Shown piece after piece: positions 1 to 18,300 of a DNA stretch of 64,000 nt. The notes below the pieces were generated by a model, which saw nothing but the letters and a program-made list of their open reading frames with translations, had not been told where the DNA came from and made no database searches. Numbering within the stretch: the first letter of the stretch is position 1; every line of letters starts with the position of its first letter. Location: NCBI GenBank assembly GCA_046563655.1, contig CM102290.1, forward strand, positions 7,998,001 through 8,062,000, written 5' to 3'. The translations under genes and the position numbers were made by a program. This DNA comes from Yuukianura sp. NJ FZ-2021. Its lineage: Eukaryota.

Positions 1-186
1 GTCAGCAATTAATCAGCAGTTACAACTTTTACTTTTTGGCAAACAAAGACGGCGCTTTGTATTATTAACCTTTTGTTCTTTGACGAATCCTGTCAAGTTT
101 ATCTTCAGTTACCTCAATTGCAACTAACTACTACTACATATTAAATATGCTCAATAATGTGAATATTATGTGCTGATTTTTACCAG

Positions 187-5134
<4,948 letters not shown>

Positions 5135-5407
5135 AAAGTAACACAACGAAACGGAATTTACTAATTATCGAGTTAGCAAACTACAAACTAGCAACGACAC
5201 TTATGACAAAAACATGTCAAGTCAAATTAAAAGTTTGTGTGGATTAGGAATTAAGTTACTCCTAAAGTACGGAATTAGAATGCTACCTCCGTGTTCTCTC
5301 AATTTTTCTTAAACATTTGACAAAACTTTCCCAAATTCTGTTTCATTAGTGGTGCTTAATAAATGTATTATGTAATGTGATGAATGTACGCCTTTTAAAC
5401 TTATTTC

Positions 5408-6358
5408 TCATGGGTGGAAGACTTTAGTGAGTTCTTTGTCATGCGCATTCGTGGGGATTTCTTCCAGCACTTGTTCGCTGAAAGCCAGTCCAACAGTGAG
5501 AGGTGGCTTTAAATCCATTTTTTCGAATTGTTCTAGGTAAGAGTCATAATATCCTGAAATTAATTGGAAAATGATGAGTTTTAATTCATTGTAACAAAAT
5601 GCCTAGCAACAGTTTGTACCTTTCCCTCGACCAAGCCTTTTCCAGTGATTCGTTTTGGAATTGTAACTAAACCCTAAGCCTGGTAGAATGATCAGGTCCA
5701 GTCCACCTACAAAATACATCAATTACAGCGAATATTGTGAGCAACTAACCAACTTAATGTAAAAGCAGCCCATTGGTTAAGCTTTAAATCTAAAGTATTA
5801 ATTAGTTCAAGGTTACCCGAAGTAATTGCATCTTCTCTAGAAGTGTCATGTAAATCAGGTTGTTTAATATTCCATTTGGTGGTTGGCAGATTTTCATAGT
5901 CTTCCAAAGACGACAATCGCAGCATCTCCATTCGGTTCCCAGAGTATCTGCGTACATTTATACCGATAAGAGCTTTTTAATTCTACCATATTTAGTCATT
6001 AAACAAAATAGTGGAACTTGCCGTGGAATGAAACACTGTCGTCCAGTTTTGAAAATATGAGCAACTATGTCGCTAGTTGAAACTTCTTCGGCCATGTTAA
6101 GGTAAACGCTTATGCGCTGACTGATTTTGTACTCCGGGCTATTGACGACCTTGTGAAGCCAAAGTTAAGGCAAAAGTTCAATTATAAAAGAACCAATAAA
6201 ACGTGTGTCTCATTTTTAAAGCACATGAAAAAAAAACGAACCAAATCGGAAATAATTTTGGACTGCCTTGTTCTGTCTTCCGCAGTCAATGAACGCAGTC
6301 GTTGTTTCAATTCAGTCCGTAGAGTGGCCTTACTCAATTGAACACTGGAAAGTGCCAT
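5408..6358 (-). CDS. MTHFS: 5-formyltetrahydrofolate cyclo-ligase (methenyltetrahydrofolate synthetase)
   Basis: Multi-exon. N-term KATLRTELKQRL; CFIPRY; WNIKQP; LDLIILPGLGF; signature RLGRGKGYYD; C-term GLAFSEQ..IPTNAHD..FHP*. ATG at 6358, stop at 5408-5410. Confidence 0.93.
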
Positions 6359-7164
6359 TTTGAAAATATTTTTCACAAAGTATTTGTTTCAAAATAACAA
6401 CGGTTTTTGTAATATTCAACCTAATGGATTTAACTCTAAATTGTCGACTGACTTGTGCTTGTGCTAGTGATATCCTCATGTAACGTAGGTAGTACATAAT
6501 AGTTTTCGCCTATAGTTCCATTCAGTAACGTCCATTGAAGATGAGTTCTCTATTAAGTAATAGAAAACACTTTTTTGGTTTGTATTATTTGACCTCGTCT
6601 AATGATAACCTTTATAAGAAAAACTCGGCGCTTTAGTGTCTTTTTATACTTCCAACTTAAAAGTTACAATGTGCATCATGGAAATGGATTACTGAATACA
6701 GTAATGTGTGCGTGAACCTTAGCATTTTTAAATTTAAAATTAACGATGCCATAAATGTGAAGTTGGTCGTTTTACTGAATTGAATAAACTTTGTGTTTAG
6801 AAACTTCAACTTCAAAGATTGCGGAAGTCAAAAATTTTGAAGGACATTTTTGGTGCGAATCTTTCCTACCAAACATAGTTTGCGGAAAATGTTTGGAAAT
6901 AGAACGGCGTCGTAAAAAGTAAAAAGGAAAAAAAGAAAGTTTTTAAAAAACGTGTAACAAAAAGTCTCTTTTGTCGATCCGAAAAATTTTGTGTCTATTA
7001 GGTTACATAAAGTACATTGTGTCAGAGCGATAATTTTTGGCAACATAACAATACAGTGATTGTGAGTCATTACTAATACTAAACTAATTTACTGTTTGAA
7101 TTCGTTGAGCTTGCAAGTGCTTGATGGGATACTACAGACCGAGATGTAGAATTCAATATTTGAG

Positions 7165-8088
7165 ATGAGCGTTGGCATTGAACCCAGCAAAAGTACTGTA
7201 TATGTCTCCAATTTTCCATTTTCTATGACAAACAATGACCTGGTTCAAGTTTTCCAGAAATCGGGCAGGATAATCAAGTAAGTACTTTATTCCTATCACT
7301 TTCAATAGGTGGAAAGATAACTTCATAAAAGGCTAATAGTTAACTAGTAATAAGGAAACAATATATTCAAGTATTGATTATGAATTGTTTCAGGGCTACA
7401 GTTGTGAAGGACCGTACCACAAGAAAATCGAAAGGACTTGCATTTCTACTGTTCCAGTACAAGGAAGATGCTGCTAGATGTGTTCAAGAATTTGATGGAA
7501 CTTGTGTAAGATCACCGACTTGATTTTAGTTTCGCTTTGAATTAAAAACATGTTAAACTAAAAGCTGGTTGAACTTTTGTTTACAGTTGTTCGGCCGAAC
7601 CATAAAATGTAGCATTGCAATTGATAATGGAAGAACCACCGAATTCATCCGACGGAGGGAATATCCGGATAAATCAAGATGCTATGAATGTGGAGAATTT
7701 GGACACATGAGTTATTCTTGCTTCAAAAACAGTCTTGGCCCTAGACAACTTCCAGAGAAACCAAAGAAGGCTAAGAAACGGAAGACTTCTATTAGTAGGA
7801 TATCATCAAATCTGCAAGGCGATTGTTCGGATTCGTCTGACGATGAATCCCTATCTGCAGCTATCAAGCATCAAGTAATTAACACAACTGTTCTACTTAC
7901 TTCCCATAATGACAATATTATTTTTTTGATTTCAGCGACAGATAGAAGAAGCGAAGGAATACGAAGAGGCTGTCGTATCTGGAAATTATGCTTCGGTAAA
8001 TCCAGCTACTAGCTCCTCGAAACGACTGATACGCCAGGATGCTTATTTTAGTGACGAAGAAACTGAGACTGCAGCAGAAGAATCATAG
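7165..8088 (+). CDS. ZCRB1: Zinc finger CCHC-type and RNA-binding motif protein 1 (U11/U12 snRNP 31K)
   Basis: [26 protein letters not shown]1 [42 protein letters not shown]; zinc knuckle [15 protein letters not shown]-terminal YFSDEE. Four exons. Confidence 0.93.
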
Positions 8089-8359
8089 CAATATTGCGTC
8101 CATTGTCATCGAAGAACTTAACAGTTGATCATCGGTTTTTTTTTGCGTGGAACTTCAGTCTTTATTTCAAAGGAAACGGAATGGTTTAAGTTATTTCAAC
8201 AGTTGGACAGGAACGGAATCTTATTTTAATTCTGTTATCAGTTATGATTATTATAAAGAAAGAGTAAGAAAGACAGTAAACGTTCAAAAATAGAAAAGTG
8301 GAAACATGTTTAGAGAGGATACGGAATGTTAAGTTGTTGAACCTGATAGGGTTTGAATA

Positions 8360-11300
8360 TCAAATGTGTTCATCCACGTCGAAGACTTGATCAGGTCGCA
8401 GAATATTGAACAGTCGCTTCAAAGGATCAAACTTGCTCAAGGCTTGCTGATGCCCTACCATGATGAGCTTAAGCTTGGCACGAGTAATCGCAACATTCAG
8501 TCGTCTCAAATCGTCTAAAATAGCTCCCTGCAATAAGATTCATTTATTTAGCATACATCTTCTGGAAATATAATCCACTCAAACAGATTCGGTCAAGACT
8601 GAACACTTTCATACCTTTTTATCACCGTTTTCCTCCAACTGCTGGCAGTTGCTTGGCGATACCTTCGTTTTTGTAAACCCGCAAATAATAATATCTTTGT
8701 CTCGTCCTTGGTACTGATCTACCGTGTTCACTTCGATTTCCTTCCCTGAAGTATCGGCAATCAGTGAACGAATTAAGTTCACTTGTCCTCGATATGGAGC
8801 GATAATTCCAATTCGGTCTGGCTTCACCCCAAGCTAACCAGAACAACAAAAATAAACAGTCACTAAACAACTACACTGTGCATTGTCTGATGCCAATGTT
8901 ACTCCGTGTGATACTTACACGAACGAAAGTATTTGAGATCTCGACGATTATCTCTGCCTCTTTGACATTCACTAGAGTTGAGTCAGACTTTTGCTCAGTA
9001 CTGCCTATGGCCATCGTATTTATGAAGACAGCCGCTAAAGCTAACTGCGAACTCAATAAATACGTCATCATTGAGGCCTTGGCAGGGTTTTCCAATCGTA
9101 GTTTGTCCAGATATAGCTTCGAGGCGGATGACGATACTCTAAGCGTTTTGGTAGCAACCATGTCACTGGCTGTCATTTTGCAACCATAGACTAGTTGATT
9201 CGAAAGAGACATAATGGCTTCGTTCATCCGATATTGCTCTGTTAGCGTTCTGGTGTTCTTCTCCGTCGCCATCATGCTGAAGAAGTTGTCTTCCAAACCC
9301 AATTCCCTGCAAAAACAAACAGACCATGTCCGCATTCCTCAATGCTACACAATTTTAGCAATCCAAATATTACTAACCTTGTTGCAGAAGTCAATGTGAC
9401 GGTGGGAAGCTGATCTGGATCTCCCACAACCACATATTTGTTACCCAGCATTAGAGCACCGAATACGGCCGATGGAAGAGCTTGAGAAGCCTCATCAATA
9501 ATGACATAATCGAACTTGCGTCGATGAAATACTTCGTGTTTGACATTAAGTAGAGTCGTTCCAACAATCGGCTAATTATAAAAAAAAATACTGTAAAACT
9601 GGAAACGAGTATAATCGGTTTTCGAGACAAAATTTTCTTACTACTGTATCAAATCGTTGTTGCATTTCATCGTATGTTTTGGATTGTTCGATAATTGCCT
9701 TCTCTGTCCGCTGGAGCAATGAGAAGTGCGCTGTAACGTTAGAGACTCACGTTAAAAACCATTTCCTTCGCCTCCCTCAGAAAGAGAATGTACCTAACGA
9801 AACTTGTGTGAAAACTTACGAAGTTTCGGTTCTCCAACACGAATGAAATCATCTAACTTTTGGTTGAAGCACTTGATAAGGATGTTATCTACGGCCGTAC
9901 CGGTGTAAGCTGTGACCAGCACACTTTTCCCCATCTTCGTCAAGAATTTGATCATAGCCACAATTGTAACTGTCTTTCCTAGATCAATTTTAAACAAAAA
10001 TGAATGTTAATTGCTTTGATTTCAGTGTTCATTAGTCGAGTCCGTTTTCTTACCTGATCCTGGCACTCCTTTGACAAACAGGAAGCTATCTGTTCGAATA
10101 GCATTTACTATCACTTCCCTTTGCATGCGATTGTACAGCTTCAGCGATCCATGCGCCAGAATCTCCCTAGGGTTGACGCTCGGATAGAACGATTCTTGTC
10201 TGAAAATAAATAAATGAAATGGCAACTGAATAGACTTAGACATTTACAGAAAGGATACTGGAAAATGGAAATCCAATGAGCAAGATTCCTTACTTTTGAA
10301 TAAGGTATCTGCGTATATTTGCCGCCTTTGGCGAATCGGCCATTAGTGACTGAAGGAAACCATATTGGACCATCATAGGAGAAAAGCTGTTGACTTTGTC
10401 CACCATGAAGGTAGTAGCAGAGTTTTCGTTTTGAGAGGATAAGAATCGGTTGTTCATCCTACGCATCAAACATAAAAAATAGTAAAAAAAAAAACATAAC
10501 GAATACGTAGTCAGAGACATGCAGAATAAACATCCATACCTGTCCAATTTTATGATAATCCTTGGCGGGTCAATGCTCACAACTGATCCATAAGCAAAGC
10601 CTATATCATCTTCGGAGCTCATAACAATAAGATCCTGAACTTGGACCTGCAGGTTATCAAAATCAAACGGAGAGTGCTCGGATCTGCAAAACTGAGCATA
10701 GATGCCTTCGTAGCCATGTGTGCGGCAGTCCATTGATGAAATGTAATTTAGCTGCGAAATGCAACGACCAGCCGCTTCCCTACGCCGTGAATAAGACAAT
10801 TATTGTTGATGCAGCAATCAAATATTCCATTTGAATAATACAAAAACTATACCTCTCTTTGGCAGTTTGTGTCCAAAGAGTCTTCGTTGTACTTCGAGTT
10901 TCTAGAGCTTCAGTTTCAAGTGTAATCAAAGTAAACCAAGCCTTGTAAAAGTCAATGTCTTCTTGGCAAAGGTGTTGAAGACTGTGAATGAGGGATTTTT
11001 CGGTTGAGTTTCGGTAATCCGCCAACGAATCAATGGGAGTAGTTCTAAATGAGCAGACAATTCGCTTGAACAGCATCAACAAACGGAAGTTAAGGCTGTT
11101 ATTACAATTTACCTTGTCAGAAGGGCGCATGTCATCCGGTGTTCACACGATTGACACATTTTCGGACTTATAGACGGTTTTGGAATGTTAACTAGATTTC
11201 CATTCGAAATTTTCTGTATCATCACAATTCGGTTTCTCATAATTATTAGTGGTTGCAAAATTTTTCGATCCATTTTGCTCTCGATTAAGGTGTTTGGCCT

Positions 11301-12588
11301 GTTAAAATAGAAATTGATTATTCAAGTACGCTTGGTTTGAACTTTTGAAGTTTGAAAATAGTTGGATTTCGCATTACTTGAGATAATATAGCAAGCTTGT
11401 TGTGACTTCCTCGTAGCGTTCATTCATAAGCAACGCATAGAGTTGAACTTGACCAATGTGATCTGGCTTTCCTGTCCGATTTGTAGGATCCATATTTCCA
11501 GTTTTGAATTCAAGAGGAATTGCCTAAGAATATAAAAGTTATACTGGAGTGAACAAAATGAACAACATTATATGAAGATGTACATCTTTTGTAATACTTA
11601 CCACAGTTTTATTAATGGCCCCAGACGTGATTTGTACATTTACAGTAGCATCAAGCTTCCCTTTCAAGCCAAATCGCGGACTCCAAATGGTATCTTCAAT
11701 ATCAACCACGTCATCGACTCCCAGCGTCTGATCCGGCTTCTTGTTTCCACCAAATCTTTCGTGCAGAAAAGTGAGTACATAACTAATTAGTCCGTTCGTG
11801 ATTGTGGTGAGGTCTTGAGAAGACATGTCCATAGCATAGGCTTTGAGCATAATTCCTGAATTTCGAACAATATTCCAAGCGATAGTCTGCATTTGACCAC
11901 GATGTCTCAGTTTGGGTGGAATTGACATTGCCTTATGAAAAATTTTTCTTTAAAGCGCTGCCTTGTGACTGAAATAACTTGAATGTAGCCATATTTTCTT
12001 CTTACCCTTCCCAGCATTTCGTGAGCAATGGTACCTTCCAGCATTGCCCGATTATTTATTGGCAGTCGCATTCTCTCATTGAACACAGTCTTCCTCTCAC
12101 AGAAATAGGCCGAAACTACTGAAGTAATGGAGACCAACATGTCAGGTTCTACGATCAAGAAGCCGTTGGTTTTGTCAATTACGAAACATTTGTTTTGATC
12201 CATCTCGACCCCAACAATTCCAATATGGGCCCCCTTCATGATAAATTGAGTGTCAGTCCTGAAAGTTTAAAAAGATCATGTTGAAGATGACACGTATTTC
12301 GAAAACGTTTAAACTTATAGAGAAAATATGTACGCTCAAAATGCAGTTCCAGCCACAATTTTGAATCTACAAATACATTCTGTTATCCCACTTTGAAAAA
12401 GTGATTACTATGTTAAACGAATCCAAATAATCTTACCACAAATCTCGTAAACATAACGTGGCATCGGATAGGTCATGTACAGACCTAATACTGCAGGTAA
12501 GAGTCCTCATGCCTGACTCCCCGGACCATTTGTAGTCATCATAAATAATGTAGCGATTCTGCTTCTTGTAGTCAAACGTAGAAGCCAT
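8360..12588 (-). CDS. DNA2: DNA replication ATP-dependent helicase/nuclease DNA2
   Basis: Multi-exon. VEPDMLVSITSVVSAYFCERK (first Fe-S Cys); IWSPRFGLKGKLD and PLEFKTG nuclease motifs; CQSCEHRMTC (other three Fe-S Cys); Walker A GVPGSGKT split by an intron; DEASQ; GDPDQLP; LTEQYRMN; TVDQYQGRDKD; RRLNVAITRAK. Probable ATG 12588, stop 8360-8362. Confidence 0.93.
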
Positions 12589-14424
12589 CACAGTGAAGTT
12601 CCTCTACTGGCTCCAAATCCAAGCGCACCTTAAAACAAACTAATTGTTTAAGTGTTCAAAAATACAAAACTGCGGCGTCGGCATTCGGAAAGATTACAAA
12701 AACAAATCCGACGATATAAATGACATTTATATGTTCAGATTCTTCTGGCAGATAGGATGATAGGACTCTCTATCTATGCAAGCAAATTGCAATTGTTTCT
12801 ACGGTTAAGAGAGGACGTCATTCAGTACACAAGAAGTCCATCAAAGTTCTTTTTACTAAAACAATTATCATCGCACTAGCCGGTATCAATTCCGCAATTA
12901 GAAAATGAAAAACAAAACCAATCTGAAACAAACCAGAATTTCAAATCAGTAGATAGCGAAGCGATAGCATTGAATTGACTGATGAACAGATGAACTTACA
13001 TTAGTATCTCACGACCCTCACCTCTCTCTCGCTATTAGATATACCTAGTAATGAATTTCTTTCACATAAAGGATAACAGGCTATGTTTAGAGAAAACTTA
13101 ACTTTCCTTTTATCAATCGCAATCGCAATTAATCTTAAAAATAACGGCTCCCTTAATTGCTCAATGCAAACAAGAAGCGAGCTCCAAAATGAACGGCTTG
13201 TTTGTTTATGTTTGATTTCTGTTTTCGGCGGCGGGATTTTCCCTCGACAGGTTTAAAATTCCCGTCAAAACTCCGCGTGACAATTTTTGTGGGAAATACT
13301 GTTGAAAGATTTGGTTTTTGCAAATGCAAAATCAAAAGAAAAGTGGAATTTCTACTGCCAATTGCTAATTAATCCTGACTTTTTCCAACGGTTAAAAAGT
13401 TAGAAGTTTTTTTTTAGAAGGTGTGATTGTGTTAAAAAAAACAATATATTGATATTTTTAATTTCCCATCAATGAGGAAAGTACACTTCAGAGGATCTTT
13501 TAGCCTAATTAACTTTAAAGTGACAATTGATTTCCGACATCTAAATTACAATTTCCCCTTGATAAACCCTGCGAACATTTAAAGTTATACATATTTAAAA
13601 CTTTTGCCAAAACCTTGCAAATGTTTTTTGATTACCTGTGCTTTTACACCGTGTGAAATGATATTAAATAAGTTCACGTGACGAATAATTATAATACTTT
13701 GTACAAATCATTACGTGGGTGAATTTAATTCCGTTCAATCACATTACATAACGATCACATTTTGTCAAAGAAAACCCGCTTGGTTATTTATTAAAATGTA
13801 GTATTTAATTAAATTGAAGTTTCGAGTGTTTGGACAATGGACATGTTATTTGTCTGATGATTTTAGAAGTGTATTTCGGCAATTGCATTTTTCATTTGTA
13901 TTTTGTCAGAGTAGTAACGGTACATTATTGAAATTGCAACCTAATTTGCATGAATTGGATTTTTCGAGTTATGCAATTTTCTATTGTCTTCGTTTGGGAG
14001 ATGGAGAGTCCTCCATTTTCCCCATTTGCCGGATTTTCGGTTTTTAGTTGGATTGTTGGTCAGCATTTTCACGCTCACCCCTTGCCCTTTCTCCAGTACC
14101 GCTGTGGTTCTCACCTTCTTTAAGTGGTAGGAGGGCTATAACGGTAATGTTAAAGGTCTGGTACCGTGGGGTCATTTGCTAACAAGAAAAACTTTTCCCG
14201 CGTCCCTTTTAACTCGATGAGAAAATTTGAAAACTTTTTCTTGTTAGCAAATGACCCCACGGTAAGAGTTAACTCGTCTTTTTCCGTTGGACCAACGCTC
14301 TTTTGTCTTCACTGTTCCTTTGTTACGAACGCTGCTCTTTTTGTCTAGTTGATTAATATTGACCTCTCATTAAATTCAGCAAAAACTAGTTTATCTTAAA
14401 CTAATTATCCAGTTATCCTTGACA

Positions 14425-15150
14425 ATGGCAACCTACTATATGTACGATTCCAATTTTACCACAGGTTATTGTCGGTATCCACGACCTGTCACGACCACAA
14501 GCGTCTCGGCCTCCACGGATCCTGGCGTTTCTCTGTTCATTCCAGCGTCACCACAGGCTCTCTACACTGAAAATTATTACGGTTTGTATACTGCATCACA
14601 ATATTTCGCTGACTATCCTACTCCAGAATATCCTACTGATTATTCGACTCCGGAAGAATATCCCATCGACTACCCTGCTCCAGAAGAACGCCCGATTGAC
14701 TATCCTGCTCCAGAAGAGTATCCTTATTATTATCCTGCGCCAGAAGAATCTCCTGTTTATTATCCTTCTCCCGAAGAAAATCCGACCGACTACCCTGCTC
14801 CTGAAGAATATCCATTCGACGATCCTGCTCCAGAACAGTTTCCTGCTTATTATCCTGCTCATGAAGAATCTCCTATTTGTTATCCAGCTCCGGAAGACTA
14901 TTCGATTGACTATTCTGCTCCAGAAGAATATCCGGTACCGGTTGACTATTCTGCTCCAGACGAATCTCCTCATTATCCTACTCCGGAAGAATCTCCTGTT
15001 TATTATCCCGCTCCTGAAGAATATCCGAGTTATTATCCTATTACAGAAGATTATAACGAGTTTGATCCTTGTAAGTTTGCTTATCCAAATCACCCAATCA
15101 ATGCAGATGAACCTACGTTTACAAATTGGTTACTGGTGTCATTGGGATGA
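14425..15150 (+). CDS. Orphan Tyr/Pro/Glu-rich protein with ~15 tandem decapeptide repeats (consensus YPAPEEYPxD/Y)
   Basis: First ATG at 14425, preceded by a candidate acceptor (ccag, 14412). Repeat units vary often at synonymous positions, and length variants (9, 10, 12 codons) keep the frame. No signal peptide or recognisable domain. Confidence 0.55.
   Translation: MATYYMYDSNFTTGYCRYPRPVTTTSVSASTDPGVSLFIPASPQALYTENYYGLYTASQYFADYPTPEYPTDYSTPEEYPIDYPAPEERPIDYPAPEEYPYYYPAPEESPVYYPSPEENPTDYPAPEEYPFDDPAPEQFPAYYPAHEESPICYPAPEDYSIDYSAPEEYPVPVDYSAPDESPHYPTPEESPVYYPAPEEYPSYYPITEDYNEFDPCKFAYPNHPINADEPTFTNWLLVSLG
14612..15063 (+). repeat. Degenerate 30-bp tandem repeat (coding minisatellite), ~15 units
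   Basis: Recurring tatcctgctccagaagaa-like core at ~30-nt period. Confidence 0.9.
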
Positions 15151-15244
15151 AGGACTCCAAACAGGAACATATTCTTAACTTATCTATCTTATAGTTGTGC
15201 ATAGTATATGAAATTGACTGATTTTTTTTGTATATATCTTGCAG

Positions 15245-15393
15245 CTGGAGTGTACTCTTATTTTTATCAACCACAAACCGTGGCAATGGCTTCTACCAGT
15301 AATCGTTTTGCAGCTTTGGAAGAGTTGGACGGCAAAGACCAAATTGACAATGAGGACGGGGATTCAGGCGCCGGCAATGCTGAACCGGAAAAG
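15245..15393 (+). other. Isolated exon-like segment encoding ...MASTSNRFAALEELDG...EPEK
   Basis: Acceptor cttgcag (15244) and donor AAG|gtaag (15393) flank an open frame. Partner exons not found. Confidence 0.35.
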
Positions 15394-18300
15394 GTAAGCT
15401 AGCTGTAATATAATTTACTCTGAGTAATAGGCATCTCCAATCATAGTTAGTTGCCAGACTGATTAGTAACCACGATGCGTGCATGCGTAGGTTTTCGGCG
15501 TTAGGATAAGTCGCATAGTCCTTTCCTTATGGACGGGACTTTGAGAGACAATTTGTTCCCTGAAGTAGTAATCATCATCATCAACCAGGGATTGAGAAGG
15601 TTGCGGTTTAAAAGTTATTTTCGGGAATTCATTTATACGTGAGCAAATGTTGGAAAGTATTCCGCCCGCAATCATATTTAACTTCGTTCTTATTTTCCAA
15701 ATGTCATAACAGGGCCTTCGCTTGAACTTTTCTTGTACATGTGACCGAGGTCTTCTTGATTCAAGAACGTTTAGAGCCATTTTGATGCTTATGTATACAT
15801 GACGAGGTTGATGCTTACGTTTTAGTATTTACCCTGGCAGAACGTGCTCCAAAGCTATGTTCATGTCAATTCATAATTTCACAGTTCTGTAGTAAAATCC
15901 ACAACAATTTTCAACAAAGGGAGTTTGGTGTTTGTCATCTCGGACAGTTTAGCTTCATCTTGCCTCATGCTCATGAATACAAAAAATTAAAGGTTTAGAA
16001 TGTCGACCTCAGTCAGCCTCAGCACAAGGTGGCTGTTCTGTAAAAACATCAGATTTGTCATTGGCACTGATCACGAACGCTTCACTATTGGTTGAATTTG
16101 GCTTCCTAAGTTAGAAGACGATGTTATAAGATTCATGTTCTCTTTAGTTGAGTTTTCCGGGTGTTTTAGGTACTCTGATGATTCATGGACACAAATCAGT
16201 TACAAAGTTTAAAGTTAACCACACTCGTTACACTTTAAACATTTTTATCTTAAGTACTCCGTTACGAGTGACCTGAATCGATTATGTAATTGCGTTGTGT
16301 GGAGGGGAGATGATCGAACCAGCATTCGAGTCTTCACCAAGTTTTAACTATCGATTTAAAGTACCGTTGGATTGTAAACAACAAACAAAAACATAACATG
16401 ATAAGTGCAAGAAAGACAAAACACGAGAATGACCTCAATCATATCTTAGGTAATTCGTAAATTAGATTCGGTTGAACTCTTGACCCCGTACTTAACAACT
16501 AACTGAGGTTTCCACATGCGTTGATCATGCACGCACCGGCATCATAAAGTCGTTTCTTTTAATAAAGTTGGATTAGTTGTAGCATGGTCTCTCAGGTTGT
16601 TTATGTTGAGCTAGAGCTTGATGATTCTATTGTGTGCCTGTGACTAATCAGGCGGTTAGGATACGCTACAGGAGAATTGATTGTTAGGAGGTTTAATGAT
16701 TCTTGTCGACATTGACTTCTAACATAACAAAACAATAACAAAGGAAGATATGATATATTGTATGGGATTGTGCAAGAGATTCTTTGACCCCGTCGTCCTC
16801 TGTCCGTCCTCATGTCTCTCATCATGATTCAAGTGCGTCGTTGTTCTAAAAGAGGTGGATGGCCGATAGTTTATGTTTACTTCACCAATACCAATTATTA
16901 TTAAATGTTTAGTTTAGATTCTACTGGTTCATGTCGAGTTCACATCAGTTGTCAACTATTTTTAGTTTAACAACTTCAGGCACGTACGTTTAATTCTCCA
17001 AGTCCAAACCACAACCGAAGTCAACAAAGTTTCAGTTCTCATGTTATTAGATTTTCCTTTGTTATGATATCATATGGGTTACTATACATATTTTGGTGGT
17101 TGATGATTCTTGGACGAACTTTTGGTGTTACTGTACGGCGTAGTCTTTCTCAGTTTTAGCAAAGCGAATTAATTACTATTGGTAATCATAATCTAAGTGG
17201 TGAGGTTGGCACAAAGAGATTTCTTGAGAAGCTTAAGTTAAACCAACAGAAGCTTGTCGTTGAATTCACTTTCGTTGCAAACAATGGGATGAGAAAAAAA
17301 TATGTTTTTCCTGGATTTTTGTCGTTTGTTGCGATACTTCCTGATTTCAGGGTAGAATTCGTTTCACATTCTCTCAACTACGTCTAATTTTATCTCCATT
17401 TGCAAATCTTTGCGTTTTGGTTTTTGAAAATGTTTACTTTGGATCATAGAAATGACGAGTAGAGGATTTAGTAAATGCTTCCGCGTGTCATAAATAAGCA
17501 CTGGATATGGTTTATTTTTTGGGTGGTTGGGACATCAAGGGTGACAGTTGTGTATGTAATTGTTTGTTTCGGGAAAAAAATTGTCGGGGTGGTGACCTAT
17601 TCCAGGAAACAGAAGTTGTGTAGATTCACATGCAATTGGAGACTAAAATTGCAACAGAATCTTCAGTGGCGATTCAATTCTGAAAACTGTTGCATCAGTG
17701 TCGGTTGTTCACGAAGTTTTCGTTACGACGGAGTTTAGATTCTTTTTCCTGGTTTAAACGTGGTATGAGAATTGGCTTGCGTTTAAAGTGAAATTATTCT
17801 CAACATTTTTTGTGTTAAGTTTGTGGTTAAAGTGCTGCAGTACAAATACAATTCTATTCACGTTTACTTTTTTATGTGCAGTTGATATATTGGAATAATA
17901 TTTTAATTTTTTGACGAAATCCTTAGCTCCAGTTTTGTTCAGTTTAGTCTGAAGGTTTGGGTATTGTCAATCCAATTGATCGTTGGATAGAATACATTAT
18001 GAATTTCATTAAATGTTTCCGGTTCTAATGGCGAAATCCCAGAGAAGGTCAAATGGAAATGTTGGGCCTTGGTGTTGAGTATGTGATTTGAAGAGGGAAT
18101 TATTCAAGGTAAGGCAAAAGTAGTTCTGGAACACGTTCCCATCAATTAAGCTTCATCTGCACCAACTATCTAACTAAAAAGTCCATTGTCAACACTGGTA
18201 GCATTTAACTTGTAGTTGGTTAATGCTGAATCAGGTAAAACTTGTGACATAACCTCCAAGTCCAATTTCCTATTAAACTTTTTTTTGTACTTGTAACTTC

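Noticed and set aside
8360..12588. Cas4/RecB-like nuclease plus Fe-S cluster plus SF1 helicase as a possible defence system
   Set aside because: This is the standard DNA2 architecture, intron-containing, with all motifs intact.
14596..15178. Long alternative-frame and antisense ORFs over the YPAPEE repeat (I/L-rich and R/F/W-rich)
   Set aside because: Expected by-products of a 30-bp repeat lacking stops; synonymous variation favours the YPAPEE frame.
15520..15555. PFLMDGTLRDNL, resembling the post-Q-loop segment of ABC transporters
   Set aside because: No Walker A/B or LSGGQ nearby and the frame closes quickly; treated as chance.
16300..16330. Minus-strand GGTTCGATC, a Pol III B-box/tRNA T-loop-like motif
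   Set aside because: No cloverleaf or A-box could be built.
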